A stretch of 64,000 bases of DNA from an uncultured Chloroflexia bacterium (GTDB lineage: Bacteria; Chloroflexota; Limnocylindria; QHBO01): the NCBI GenBank assembly GCA_963797855.1, contig CAWCQX010000008.1, forward strand, positions 34,648 to 98,647, read 5' to 3'. The notes below the pieces were generated by a model, which was not told where the DNA came from, searched no databases, and saw only the letters and a list, made by a program, of their open reading frames with translations. The position numbers were made by a program, and so were the translations under genes. Below are positions 17,650 through 27,548 of this stretch, piece by piece (the stretch's first letter is position 1; each line of letters starts with the position of its first letter).

Positions 17650-20125
17650 ATGCCCGCCACGTCTCTCGTCCTGCCCGCCGTCCTCGGCGGCGTGGCCGCC
17701 GGCATCCTCGCCGCCGACTCGGTGGCGCTCGTTCCGCTGCCGCTGCTGGGCGGGATCGCTCTCACGGGATCGGGCTCGCGCTCCGGTGGCGGACGTTGCT
17801 CGTCATCGGTGTCGCGCTCGCGGCCTTCGGTCTCGGCTCGTGGCGGAGCCAGGCCGCGGAGCCGGTCGGAGCCGGACCGACCTCGGTGGCGAGCCTGGTC
17901 GACGGCGACGAGCACGAGGTGTCGGGCACGGTCGTCGACGACCCGCGGCCGCGCGAGGACCGCCTGCAGCTCGTGCTCGGCGACCTCGCGACCGCGAAGG
18001 ACGGCGCGGTCCGCAGGCCTCGGCGACCGGCTGCTCGTCTGGCTGCCGCGCGGCGTCGATGCCGGCGCCGGCGATCGGCTGCTCGTGATCTCGCGCATCG
18101 AGCTGGCCGAGGACTTCGACGGCTTCGCGTATCGCGAGTACCTCGCGCGGCAGGGAATCGCCGCGATCGCCCGCGCCGATTCGGCGGAGGTCATCGGCGA
18201 GGCGAGCGGACCGACGGCCGTGCTCGCCGGCCTGCGCTCGACGCTGCTCGGCGGCCTGAACGACCTCGTGCCGGAGCCCGAGGCCGCGCTCGGAGCCGGG
18301 ATCCTGCTCGGCGTGCGGAGCGCGATCGCTCCGGAGATCAACGACGCGTTCGCGACCGCCGGGCTGACCCACGTCGTCGCGATCTCGGGCTGGAACATCG
18401 CGATCGTCGCCGCCCTGGTGGCGGCCGCCGTCCGGCCGCTTGCGCAGGCGCCCCGGCGGGCGATGGACCACCGCGGCAGTCGCCGCCACGACGGTTGGCG
18501 GCTACGTCCTCCTCACCGGCGCGAGTCCGTCCGTCGTCCGCGCCGCGCTCATGGCCGCGGCAATGCTCGTCGCCCGCCTCGGAGGCTCTCGCGCCCACGC
18601 GGCGTCGGCGCTGGCCCTCGCGGCGCTCGTCATGCTGCTGGCCGCTCCGCCGGTGCTGTGGGACGTCGGGTTCCAGCTCTCGCTGCTCGCGACGGCCGGC
18701 CTCGTCTTCTTCGGGGCAGCCGGTCGAGCGCCGCCTGCACCGATGGCCGGGCTGGATCCGCGAGCCGGTCGCGCTGACGCTCGCGGCCCAGCTGACGACC
18801 CTGCCGGTGATCCTCGTGAACTTCGAGCGGCTCTCGCTCGTGGCGCCGATCGCGAACGTGCTCGTCGTCCCGTTCGTGCCGATCGCGATGCTCTTCAGCG
18901 CGCTCGCCTCCGTCGTCGGGCGTGCTGGACGGCTCCGTCCACGTGCCAGTCGTGGGTGACGCGCTGGCCTGGCTGGCGGGAGGTGCCGCGTGGCTCGTGC
19001 TCAGGGTGATCGTCTGGCTCGGGACGACGGTCGCATCGGTCCCGCACGCGGCCGTCGACGTTGCCGTGCCGCCCGCGCTGGCGATCGCCTGGCTGCCGAT
19101 GCTCGCGCTGGCGAGCTGGGCGATCCGCGACCCGACGCCGCTCCGGCGGCATCCAGCCGTCCGACGAGGCTCCCGGCCGCGCTCGGCAGGCTGATCCGGC
19201 ACGTCGTCAGGCCGCTGCCGGTCGGTCGCGGCGCTGGTGGCGGTGCTCGCTGGCGATCTCGATCGCCTCGCGTCCGGACGGGCTCCTCCATCTCACCGTG
19301 CTCGACATCGGCCAGGGCGACGCGATCCTCGTCGAGGCGCCGAACGGCGGCACGATGCTGGTCGACGGCGGTCCGGACCCGGAGCTGACGCTGCGACGCA
19401 TCGGCGCGAACCTGCCGTTCTTCGCGCGGCGGATCGACCTGCTCGTGCTCAGCCACCCGCACCAGGACCACGTCGCCGGGCTCGTCGACGTCCTCGACCG
19501 ATTCCGCGTGGGAGCGGTCCTGCACGCGGGGATTCCGTTCGGCAATCCGGCCTACGACCGCCTCCTGACCGATGCGGCCAGGACCGGCGTGCGCGGTCGC
19601 CGTGCTCCGAACCGGCCAGGCGCTCGACGCTCGGCGCCGGAACGACGGCGCGCGTCCTCTATCCCACGCAGGCGGACGCCGAGGCGCCGCTTCCCGAGGG
19701 CGACATCAACAACGGCTCCGTCGTGCTTCGACTCGAGTTCGGCGGCTTCGCCGCGCTGCTGACCGGCGACGCCGAGGCGCCGATCGAGTCCGCTGCTGGC
19801 CTCGCGCGGCCTGCTCGAGGCGGTCGACGTGCTGAAGGTCGGCCACCACGGCTCGAACTCTTCGACCACCCCGGCGCTCGTCGACGCCATCCATCCGTCG
19901 GTCGCGATCATCTCGGTCGGGAGCGGGCAACGAGTACGGGCATCCCGCGCCGGAGACCCTCGCGACGTTCGCGTCGCGCCCGGGGATCGCGGTCTTCCGG
20001 ACCGATCTGCAGGGCGACGTCGAGGTCGTCACCGATGGCACCACCCTCCGGGTCCGGACCGATGACGGGTGGTCGCCGTCGATCGCCGTGCACCAGCGCA
20101 GGTCGGCCACCGCCTTGCTCGCTGA
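17650..20125 (+). CDS. comEC: ComEC/Rec2 DNA internalisation channel with C-terminal metallo-beta-lactamase domain; at least 6 frame breaks, 3' end unresolved (20063-20125)
   Basis: MPATSLVLPAVLGGVAAGILA...; competence domain LLGVRSAIAPEINDAFATAGLTHVVAISGWNIAIVAALV, TGASPSVVRAALMAAAML, FQLSLLATAGLVFF, LAAQLTTLPVILVNFERLSLVAPIANVLVVPFV; MBL part LHLTVLDIGQGDAILVEAPNGGTMLVDGG...LLVLSHPHQDHVAG...VLKVGHHGSNSS...NEYGHPAPETLA. Confidence 0.8.
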
Positions 20126-20148
20126 GCGAGCGAGGTCGGCAGGGTCCC

Positions 20149-20154
20149 TACAAT
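20149..20154 (+). promoter_or_regulatory. -10 box TACAAT, 6 nt before the cyclase ATG (leaderless transcript predicted)
   Basis: ggtcccTACAATcgggcgATG. Confidence 0.45.
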
Positions 20155-20160
20155 CGGGCG

Positions 20161-23100
20161 ATGCTGGTCTGCCCGAGCTGCGGCGAGTCGAATCCCGACC
20201 GCTTCCGTCTATGTGGGTTCTGCGGAACTCCCCTGGCCGCGGCCGTCGCCGCGCGCGAGGAGCGCCGGACGGTCACGATCGTGTTCAGCGACCTGCAGGG
20301 CTCGACGAAGCTCGGGGAGGCCCTCGACCCCGAGTCCGTCCGCGCGGTGATGAGCCGCTATTTCGACGCCATGACCGCCGCACTGCGCCGGCACGGAGGG
20401 ACGATCGAGAAGTTCATCGGCGATGCCATCATGGCGGTCTTCGGGCTGCCGCGGATCCACGAGGATGACGCGCTCCGGGCCGTACGCGCCGCATACGAAA
20501 CGCAAGCCGCCCTTGCCGCGCTCAACGACGAGCTCGAGCGGGACTTCGGAGTCCGGCTCACCAACCGCACGGGCGTCAACACGGGCGAGGTCGTGACCGG
20601 GGACGCGGCGACCGCCCAGCGCCTCGTGACCGGCGACACGGTGAACACCGCCGCCCGCCTCGAGCAGGCGGCCGGTCCGAACGAGGTGCTGATCGGCGAG
20701 CTCACGTGGCGCCTCGTGCGCGACGCGGTCAAGATCGAGCCGATCGAGCCGCTCGAGCTCAAGGGCAAGGCGGAGCGCGTCGCGGCGTATCGCCTGCTCG
20801 AGGTCGCCGCGGGCATCGAGGGTGCCGCGCGCGACGGGCGCCAGCCGCTCGTGGGACGTACGGACGAGCTCGCCTTCCTCCTGGCCCAATTCCGGACCGC
20901 GGTCGACGAGCGGAAGCCGACGATGGCCACCGTCATCGGCGATGCGGGGGTCGGCAAGTCGCGGCTCATCCGCGAGGTCGTCGCCTCGGTTGCGGATGAG
21001 GCGACGGTCGTCAGCGGCCGATGCCTCTCGTATGGCGACGGCACGACGTTCTGGCCGGTGATCGAGGCCGTCCGCGACGCCGCCGGGATCAGCCCGGACG
21101 ATGGGCCGGACGTCGGCCTCGACAAGCTCGCCAGTCTCGTGGTCGATCCAGCCGTCGTCGAACGCTTCGCGTCGATCCTCGGCCTGTCGCAGGAACCGTT
21201 CAGCGTTGACGAGCTCTTCTGGGCGGTGCGCCGCTGGCTCGAGACGATGACGGAACGGCACGGGCCGATCTGCTGGGTGGTCGACGACATCCACTGGGCC
21301 GAGCCGACGTTCCTCACGCTGCTGCAGCACGTCGTCGAGACGGCGATCGGCCATCCGATCTTCGTCGTCTGCTCGGCGCGCCGCGAGCTTCTCGACCGCG
21401 CTCTCGACTGGGGGCAGGATGGCGGCCGGGTCATCCTTGCGCCGCTGGCGGATGCGGATGCCGGCGAGGTCGTCGCCAACCTTCTCGGCCGCAGTGGGAT
21501 CCCCACGAGCGTCACCGATCGCGTGGTGACCGCGGCCGAGGGCAACCCCCTGTTCGTCGAGCAGCTGACGTCAATGCTCGTCGACTCCGGCAAGCTTCGC
21601 CCCACCGACGGTGGGTGGACGGTTGCGGGCGAGGACCTCTCGGATATCGAGATCCCGCCCACGATCCAAGCGCTGATCGCCGCACGGCTCGACCTCCTCC
21701 GACCCGAGGAGCGGGCGGTCATCGAGCCGGCGTCGGTTGTCGGCCTCGAATTCAGCGAAGCGGCGGTGGTGGCGCTCGTGACCGAGTCGCTGGTCTGATG
21801 ACGTCCCGCAGCACCTCCGTGAAATCGAGCGCAAGGGCCTGATCGAAGGCGGGCGGACGACCGCGCTCGACGAGGATGGCTTCCGGTTCCACCACATCCT
21901 CATCCGCGACGCCGCATATCAGAGCCTCCTCAAGCGAGAGCGCTCGCAGCTTCACGAGCGGTTCGTCGACTGGGTTGACGGCGTCAACCGAGCGAACGAG
22001 CGGGGTGCCGAGTTCGAGGAGATCCTGGGCCACCACCTCGAGCAGGCATACCGCTATCTCGTGGACCTCGGCCCGCTCGACGACCACGGCCGAGAACTTC
22101 GCAGCCGAGCGTCGGTGCGGCTCGGGTCGGCGGGAAGGCGAGCACTCGCACGAGGCGACATGTCGGCGGCCGCGAGCCTCCTGCGCCGGGCCTCGGCGCT
22201 CCTCGAGGACGGCGCCGAGCGGGCGGCGCTCCTGGTGGACCTCGGCGAGGCCCTGACCGAGCTTGGCTCCTTCGAAGACGCCGATGAGGCACTCATCACT
22301 GCAGCAGAAGCGGCCTCGAAGGCCGGCGACGGCCGGCTGGGCGCCAAAGCCGAGCTCGCGCGGCTCGCAACCACCCTCTATCTCGGTGCGGCCGACGACT
22401 GGGGAGCGCGTGTCGATGAGGCTGTCCCGCGAAGCCTTCGCGCCTTCGATGATGCCGACGACCACGACGGCCTCGCCCTGGCGTGGCGGTTGCGGGTCGG
22501 CCGTCATGGCATCGCCGCCGAGTTCGCGGAGTCCGCTCGGGCGGCGGAGCAGGTCGTCCATCACGCCCGCCTGGCCGGCAACCGCCGCTACGAGACGCGC
22601 GGCGCGTCCGGGTATGCCCAGGCGGCGCTCTTCGGACCGACACCCGTTTCCGAGGCCATCGCCCGCTGCTACGAGCTGCTCGAACAGGTGGACTCGGATC
22701 GGCGCACCGGCGCCTTCATCCGTAGCGTGCTCGCGGAGCTCACGGCGATGGACAACCGGATCGACGAGGGGCGCGCGCTCCTCGCCGCATCGGTCAGCCA
22801 GCTGGCGGAGCTCGGGTCGAACGTGCTGGCGTCGTCAAGCTCGTCAGAGTCGGCGCGGATTGAGATCCTCGCCGGGAACCTCAGTGGAGCTGAGGAGCTT
22901 CTCTGGAAGGATCACCACGCGCTCACGGCCATGGGCGAGCGCTACCTGCTGCCATCGGTGGACGGCCTGCTTGCGCGCGTGCTCTACACGCTCGATCGCT
23001 TTGACGAGGCCGATGAGCTGGCGATGGCGGTGCGCGAGATGGCGATCGAGGACGATATCGACGCCCAGGCCCTCTGGCGCTCGGTCCGTGCGATGCTCCT

Positions 23101-23335
23101 CGCTCGCCGCGGCGAGGTGGAGGACGCCGTCACCCTCTCGCTCGAGGCGATCGACATGCGTCGGCGCAGCGACGCCATCGTCTTCCTCGCCGATGCCCTG
23201 GCGGACTTCGCCGAGGTGCTGCGCTTCACCGGGCGCGAGGACGAGGTGCGCGCGGTGCGCACCGAGGCGCTGAAGCTCTACGAGCGGAAGGGCGACGTCG
23301 TCAGCGCCGGCCGTCTCCGCTCGTTGCTGTCCTGA
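20161..23335 (+). CDS. zinc-ribbon / class III adenylate-guanylate cyclase / AAA(STAND-type) ATPase / TPR multidomain protein, 1 frame break (~21780-21798)
   Basis: MLVCPSCGESNPDRFRLCGFCG; cyclase TIVFSDLQGSTKL...FIGDAIMAVFG...GVNTGEVVTG...GDTVNTAARLE; P-loop VIGDAGVGKSRL, Walker B WVVDDIHWAEP; continues DDVPQHLREIERKGLI...HHILIRDAAYQSLL, then Ala/Leu-rich TPR-like repeats to ...RLRSLLS*. Confidence 0.85.
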
Positions 23336-23341
23336 CCGAAC

Positions 23342-24392
23342 TCAGTTCCAGCCCTTGGATACCCCGTTGAACGGGATCCGGAACGTCGCCTGGATGTCCT
23401 TGTCGCCGAGCTTGAACGGCTCGACGACGAAGCAGTGGGTCTCCGTCGACGACGTGCAGAGGTCCGGTGATCAGCGCGTAGGGCTTGCCGTTGAGCGTCT
23501 TGCCCGGATCGAAGAGGTGGATGACATTCAGGTTTGACGCGTTCATGCCACTCGGCAGGTCGAGTCGCGTCCCAGCGCATCGTCACGACGATGCCGCCGG
23601 CGATGTCCTCGCCGTTCGCGATGGAGAGTTGAGAGCCGTACCCGAAGCACGTGGTGACTGCCGCGGGGCAGTTCCGACTGCCGGCGCGACGTCGGTCGCA
23701 GTGACTTCGGCATTGACCGGAACGGTGACCGCGGTCCCGTGCCGGTTCAGGTCCCCAAGCGGGAACGACGCATCGTTGCAGTTCGCGGGCAGCTTGGCGC
23801 CGGCGCAGTCGATGCCGCCGGTGCTGAATGAGCGGCCAACGGCCAGCGAGTGCCCTGCGACGAAGTCAGGCGCTCAACGCGCGAACGTCGGTCGAGATCT
23901 CGTTCGAGATGAACGTGTCGATGTTGTTTGCGGTCCCGTCCGAGTTGTCCTTGCCGCCCTCGGACACCTTGACCTCGACCTTGAACGGGTACACGGTCGA
24001 CGGTGGTCGGCACCCGGTAGTAGAAGACGATCGGCGGGAGCGACTTGCCGGAGGCGAGCTGGCGGAACGTGCAGACCGGCTGCGTCTGGCTGCATCCGTC
24101 CGTCGACGACGACGCGGCACGTGGTGTCGACGAAAGGTACGTGAAGCCGGCGGCCGCCTGGCCGGTGACCACGATGCTGTTCAGCGTGTTCTTGCCGGTG
24201 TTCTTCACGGTGACCGGGAAATGCCACCGGCTTCCCGACGGTCGCGATCAGCGGCGACGACGTGGCGACGGTCGCGGTGATGTTGTAGTCGGCGACCGGG
24301 GGCGCGGCGGTAACCGGGGTGATGGCGGCAAGGGCAAGGCCCAGGGCGAGCGCGAGGCGCACGCCAATACGGGAAGCTCGGGAATGGACCAT
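23342..24392 (-). CDS. secreted DUF11/CARDB-like repeat protein, at least 4 frame breaks
   Basis: Signal MVHSRASRIGVRLALALGLALAAITPVTA; ADYNITATVATSSPLIATVGKPVAFP | VTVKNTGKNTLNSIVVTGQAAAGFTYLSST... | YPFKVEVKVSEGGKDNSDGTANNIDTFISNEISTD... | ...MNASNLNVIHLFDPGKTLNGKPYALITGP | ...CFVVEPFKLGDKDIQATFRIPFNGVSKGWN*. Visibly lower GC than neighbours. Confidence 0.55.
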
Positions 24393-24535
24393 TGGTCCCT
24401 CAATCTGCTCGGTCGACCGCGGATGCGGTCCTGCGGCGGAGCATAGGACTTTCAGTCAAGACCTGCCGGGACCCTCGGCGCCGCGAGACGGCTGGAGCGC
24501 GGCGCGATCGCCGTGCACCGGCGGTCGGCCGCCGG

Positions 24536-24541
24536 TAGGAT
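24536..24541 (+). promoter_or_regulatory. -10 box TAGGAT, 6 nt before the HD-protein GTG (leaderless)
   Basis: gccggTAGGATcggaccGTG. Confidence 0.4.
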
Positions 24542-24547
24542 CGGACC

Positions 24548-25105
24548 GTGGCCGTCCCCGATCGAGACACCGTCCGTCAGCTGCTGGCCGACGCCGGGCT
24601 GCCCCACGGCATCGTCGTCCACTCCGAGGGCGTGGCACGCGTGGCCCGCGCGGGTGCCGGCCTGGTGGCCGAGGCCTCGATCCCGGTCGACGGCGCGCTG
24701 GTCGAGGCGGCGGCGCTGCTGCACGACATCGACAAGGTGGAGATCCGCCGGAGCGGTGGCGAGCACGGCGTCGTCGGGGCACGGCGGCTCGAGGCGGCGG
24801 GCTTCGCGGAGCTCGCGATGCCGGTCGCCTCCCACCCGTTGCACGCGCTCCTCGACGACGATCGCTTCCCGATCGGCTGGCCATCGGTCCTCGTTGCCGT
24901 CGCCGACCGGCACGTCGGGCAGGAATTCATGACCGTCGACGAGCGGCTGGACGACATGAAGGTCCGGCATCCCGAGCACGCCGAGTCGATCGAGTCCGCG
25001 CGGCGGCCCGCGCATGCCCTCGAGGAGCAGCTCGCCGAGGCGACCGGGCTGTCGGTCGACGACCTCGTGGCTCGCCTTCGCGCTGCGTGGGAGGCGGCGT
25101 CATGA
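24548..25105 (+). CDS. HD domain phosphohydrolase (YqeK-like size and context)
   Basis: Intact 185 aa. HSEGVARVA...AALLHDIDK...GEHGVVGA...HPLHALL. The stop overlaps the holA ATG (ATGA). Confidence 0.7.
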   Translation: MAVPDRDTVRQLLADAGLPHGIVVHSEGVARVARAGAGLVAEASIPVDGALVEAAALLHDIDKVEIRRSGGEHGVVGARRLEAAGFAELAMPVASHPLHALLDDDRFPIGWPSVLVAVADRHVGQEFMTVDERLDDMKVRHPEHAESIESARRPAHALEEQLAEATGLSVDDLVARLRAAWEAAS

Positions 25106-26124
25106 CCGTCGCACTCCTGCTCGTCCACGGCGACGACGGCTTCGGCCTCGACGCGGCGGTTCGGGACTTCGCGACGCAGATCGACGCGACCGACACGGTC
25201 GAGATCAACGCCGGCTCGGCTCCCGATGGCGCGATCGAGCGCGCCCAGCTCGAGGCCGGCACGATGAGCCTCTTCGGCGCGCACCTCACCGTGCTGCGCC
25301 AACCGCTGAAAGCCGCCGGTCGCTCGACCGCGGCCGCGGAGAAGCTCGTGGCCCTCGTCACCGACCTGCCCGACGGCTGCGCGCTGGCACTGCTCGAAGA
25401 GCGCCCGTCCCGAGACATCACGAAGCCGCCCGCGCTCCTGAAGCGGCTCGCCGAAGCGGTCACCGCACGCGGCGGGCGGGTGGAGGAGCACGCAGCCCCT
25501 CGGCGGGGCGAGCTGCGCGGCTGGATCACGGCGCACGCGGCGCGCATCGGTCTGCAGATCGAAACGCGAGCGGCGCACGTGCTGGCCGAGCGGATCGGGG
25601 GCGGCATCTGGGAGACCGATGTCGAACGCGGCGAGATGACCCGGATCGCCGACTCGGAGCTGCGCAAGCTCGCGACGTACGCCGGCGATCGGCCGATCAC
25701 CGCCGAGGACGTCGAGGTGCTGACGGTGGACACGCGCCCGGCGTCGGTCTTCGCGATCACCAACGCCGTGGACCGCCGCGAGCCCGCGGCCGCTGCCGCC
25801 GCGCTTCAGCGAGCGCTGGCGGAGGGCCAGCCGGGCCTGCGGATCCTCGCCTCCCTGGCGGGCCGGGTCAGCGATCTGATCGCCGTGCGCGATCTCGCCG
25901 CCCGCCGGGCGCCACCAACCGAGATCGCGAAACGCGTCGCGCGGGGCAACGCCCGGGTCGCCGAGCGGCTGGTGGAGGCGGCGAAGCGCTACCGGGGCGA
26001 GGAGCTCGAGGCGATGCTCATCGGCCTCTGGGAAACGGATCTGGCGATCAAGTCGAACGTGATGGAGGAACAGCCGGCGCTGACGGCGTGGCTCGGCGAG
26101 CACCTGCTCGCCCGGCGGAGCTAG
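25102..26124 (+). CDS. holA: DNA polymerase III delta subunit
   Basis: Intact 340 aa, MTVALLLVHGDDGFGLDAAVRDF...SLFGAHLTVLRQ...ELRKLATYAGDRPITAEDVEVL...VFAITNAV...LASLAGRVSDLIAV. Conserved position after comEC. Confidence 0.8.
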   Translation: MTVALLLVHGDDGFGLDAAVRDFATQIDATDTVEINAGSAPDGAIERAQLEAGTMSLFGAHLTVLRQPLKAAGRSTAAAEKLVALVTDLPDGCALALLEERPSRDITKPPALLKRLAEAVTARGGRVEEHAAPRRGELRGWITAHAARIGLQIETRAAHVLAERIGGGIWETDVERGEMTRIADSELRKLATYAGDRPITAEDVEVLTVDTRPASVFAITNAVDRREPAAAAAALQRALAEGQPGLRILASLAGRVSDLIAVRDLAARRAPPTEIAKRVARGNARVAERLVEAAKRYRGEELEAMLIGLWETDLAIKSNVMEEQPALTAWLGEHLLARRS

Positions 26125-26411
26125 GCGGCTGGGGCCTGGTCGGCGTGGCCGGTCTGGAGGACTCGATCGGACTCGATCGCGAACGTGCAGCGCGCTCCGT
26201 CGAGGCCGAGGATGCCGATCAGCTGCTGGTCGACGTAGAGCTGGCGGCACGGGACGCAGAGCGCGCCGGGAATCGCGAAGAAGAGGCGCTCATCGGCGGC
26301 GGGATCGCGGAAGACGGTGTCGAACACCGACGTCAGCAATGCCCCGTTGCAGAAGCGACAGGACTCGATCGGGCGCGGACGTCGCGCGTGGGCGGTCATG
26401 GCGCCGAGCAT
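26121..26411 (-). CDS. small Cys4 (zinc-ribbon-like) hypothetical protein
   Basis: MLGAMTAHARRPRPIESCRFCNGALLTSVF...GALCVPCRQLYVDQQLIGILGLDGARCTFAIESDRV. CxxC...CxxC. Last gene after rsfS; no family recognised. Confidence 0.45.
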   Translation of the reverse strand: MLGAMTAHARRPRPIESCRFCNGALLTSVFDTVFRDPAADERLFFAIPGALCVPCRQLYVDQQLIGILGLDGARCTFAIESDRVLQTGHADQAPAA

Positions 26412-26487
26412 GCGAATCCGGGCAGTCCGCCTCAATGGGACCGATGGGCCACCCCTCAGGGACTGACCCGGTACTTCCGGCGGCGCT

Positions 26488-26844
26488 TCAGACGACGCGA
26501 ACGACCTGCGCGGCCTTGCCCCACAGCCGCTCGAGGCCGTAGTACTCGCGCTCCTCGGGCGCGAAGACATGGACGATCACCGACCCGTAGTCCAGCAGGA
26601 CCCAGCGAGCGGAGGCCTTGCCCTCGACGCCGATCGGCCGGACCCCGGCATCTCGCAGCTCGTCGACGATCGCGCCGGCCAGGGCCTGGACCTGGCGATC
26701 GGATCGGCCTGACGCGATGACGAAGAAGTCGGCCATGGTCGTGAGCTCGGCGGTCCGCAGCAGGACGATGTCGTTGCCCTTCTTGTCGGACGCGATCTCC
26801 ACGATCCGATGCGCGAGCTCGGCGGCATCGGGCGGAATCTCCAC
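26488..26844 (-). CDS. rsfS: ribosome silencing factor RsfS
   Basis: (V)EIPPDAAELAHRIVEIASDKKGNDIVLLRTAELTTMADFFVIASGRSDRQVQALAGAIVDELRDAGVRPIGVEGKASARWVLLDYGSVIVHVFAPEEREYYGLERLWG. GTG 26844 is the first in-frame start after the nadD stop. Confidence 0.85.
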   Translation of the reverse strand: MEIPPDAAELAHRIVEIASDKKGNDIVLLRTAELTTMADFFVIASGRSDRQVQALAGAIVDELRDAGVRPIGVEGKASARWVLLDYGSVIVHVFAPEEREYYGLERLWGKAAQVVRVV

Positions 26845-26858
26845 GCGGTCGGGATCGG

Positions 26859-27548
26859 TCAGGACGGGCCACTCCTTCGTTCGCGGCGGTAGAGCCCGCG
26901 ATCGACGATCAGCTCCTCGACACCGCGCGGCACAAGGTAGCCGATGGCGTGGCCGGCCGCCACCCGCTCGCGGACCTGGGTGCTGCTGACGTCGAGCGAC
27001 GGCCCGTCGAGCAGGTGGATCCGGCTCGCGTTGACCCCGAATCGATCCTCGAGCGAGGCCGGATCCGGGAGCGCCACGCCCGGGCGCGGCCCGACGACCC
27101 ACTCGATCCGCTCGAGGAGCTGGTCGGGCTGCCGCCACGTGTCGATCTGCGCCAGCGAGTCGGCGGCCATGAGCAGGTAGAGCTCGGCATCGTCCCCGTA
27201 GAGGCGCCGCAGCTCGACGACGCTGTCGATCGTGTACGACGGGCCCGAGCGCTCCATCTCGATGAGGGTCAGCTCGAACCCGTCGTTGCCGGCGATCGCG
27301 AGACGGGTCATCAGGAGCCGGTCGGAGGCGCTCGTGACCCCGCCGTCCTGCTTGTGCGGGGGCTGCGCGGCCGGCATGAAGAGCACCCGGTCCAGGCCGA
27401 TCGCGTCCGCCGCGAGGGTGGCCAGCCACAGGTGCCCGACGTGCGGCGGGTCGAACGTCCCGCCGAGGATCCCGATCCGTCGCGGGAGATCGTCCGTCGA
27501 CTCCGCGGCGCGCTGCACGGCGGGAGCGGCGGTCAGCTCGGCCGTCAT
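26859..27548 (-). CDS. nadD: nicotinate-nucleotide adenylyltransferase
   Basis: MTAELTAAP...RIGILGGTFDPPHVGHLWLA...VLFMPAAQPPHK...SGPSYTIDSV...VSSTQVRERV. The ATG overlaps the obg stop (ATGA). Confidence 0.85.
   Translation of the reverse strand: MTAELTAAPAVQRAAESTDDLPRRIGILGGTFDPPHVGHLWLATLAADAIGLDRVLFMPAAQPPHKQDGGVTSASDRLLMTRLAIAGNDGFELTLIEMERSGPSYTIDSVVELRRLYGDDAELYLLMAADSLAQIDTWRQPDQLLERIEWVVGPRPGVALPDPASLEDRFGVNASRIHLLDGPSLDVSSTQVRERVAAGHAIGYLVPRGVEELIVDRGLYRRERRSGPS

Noticed and set aside
23337-23347. GAACTCAGTTC as a second LexA box
   Set aside because: The spacing is GAAC-N3-GTTC, not N4. It lies between two convergent stop codons rather than at a promoter, so it is more likely a small hairpin.
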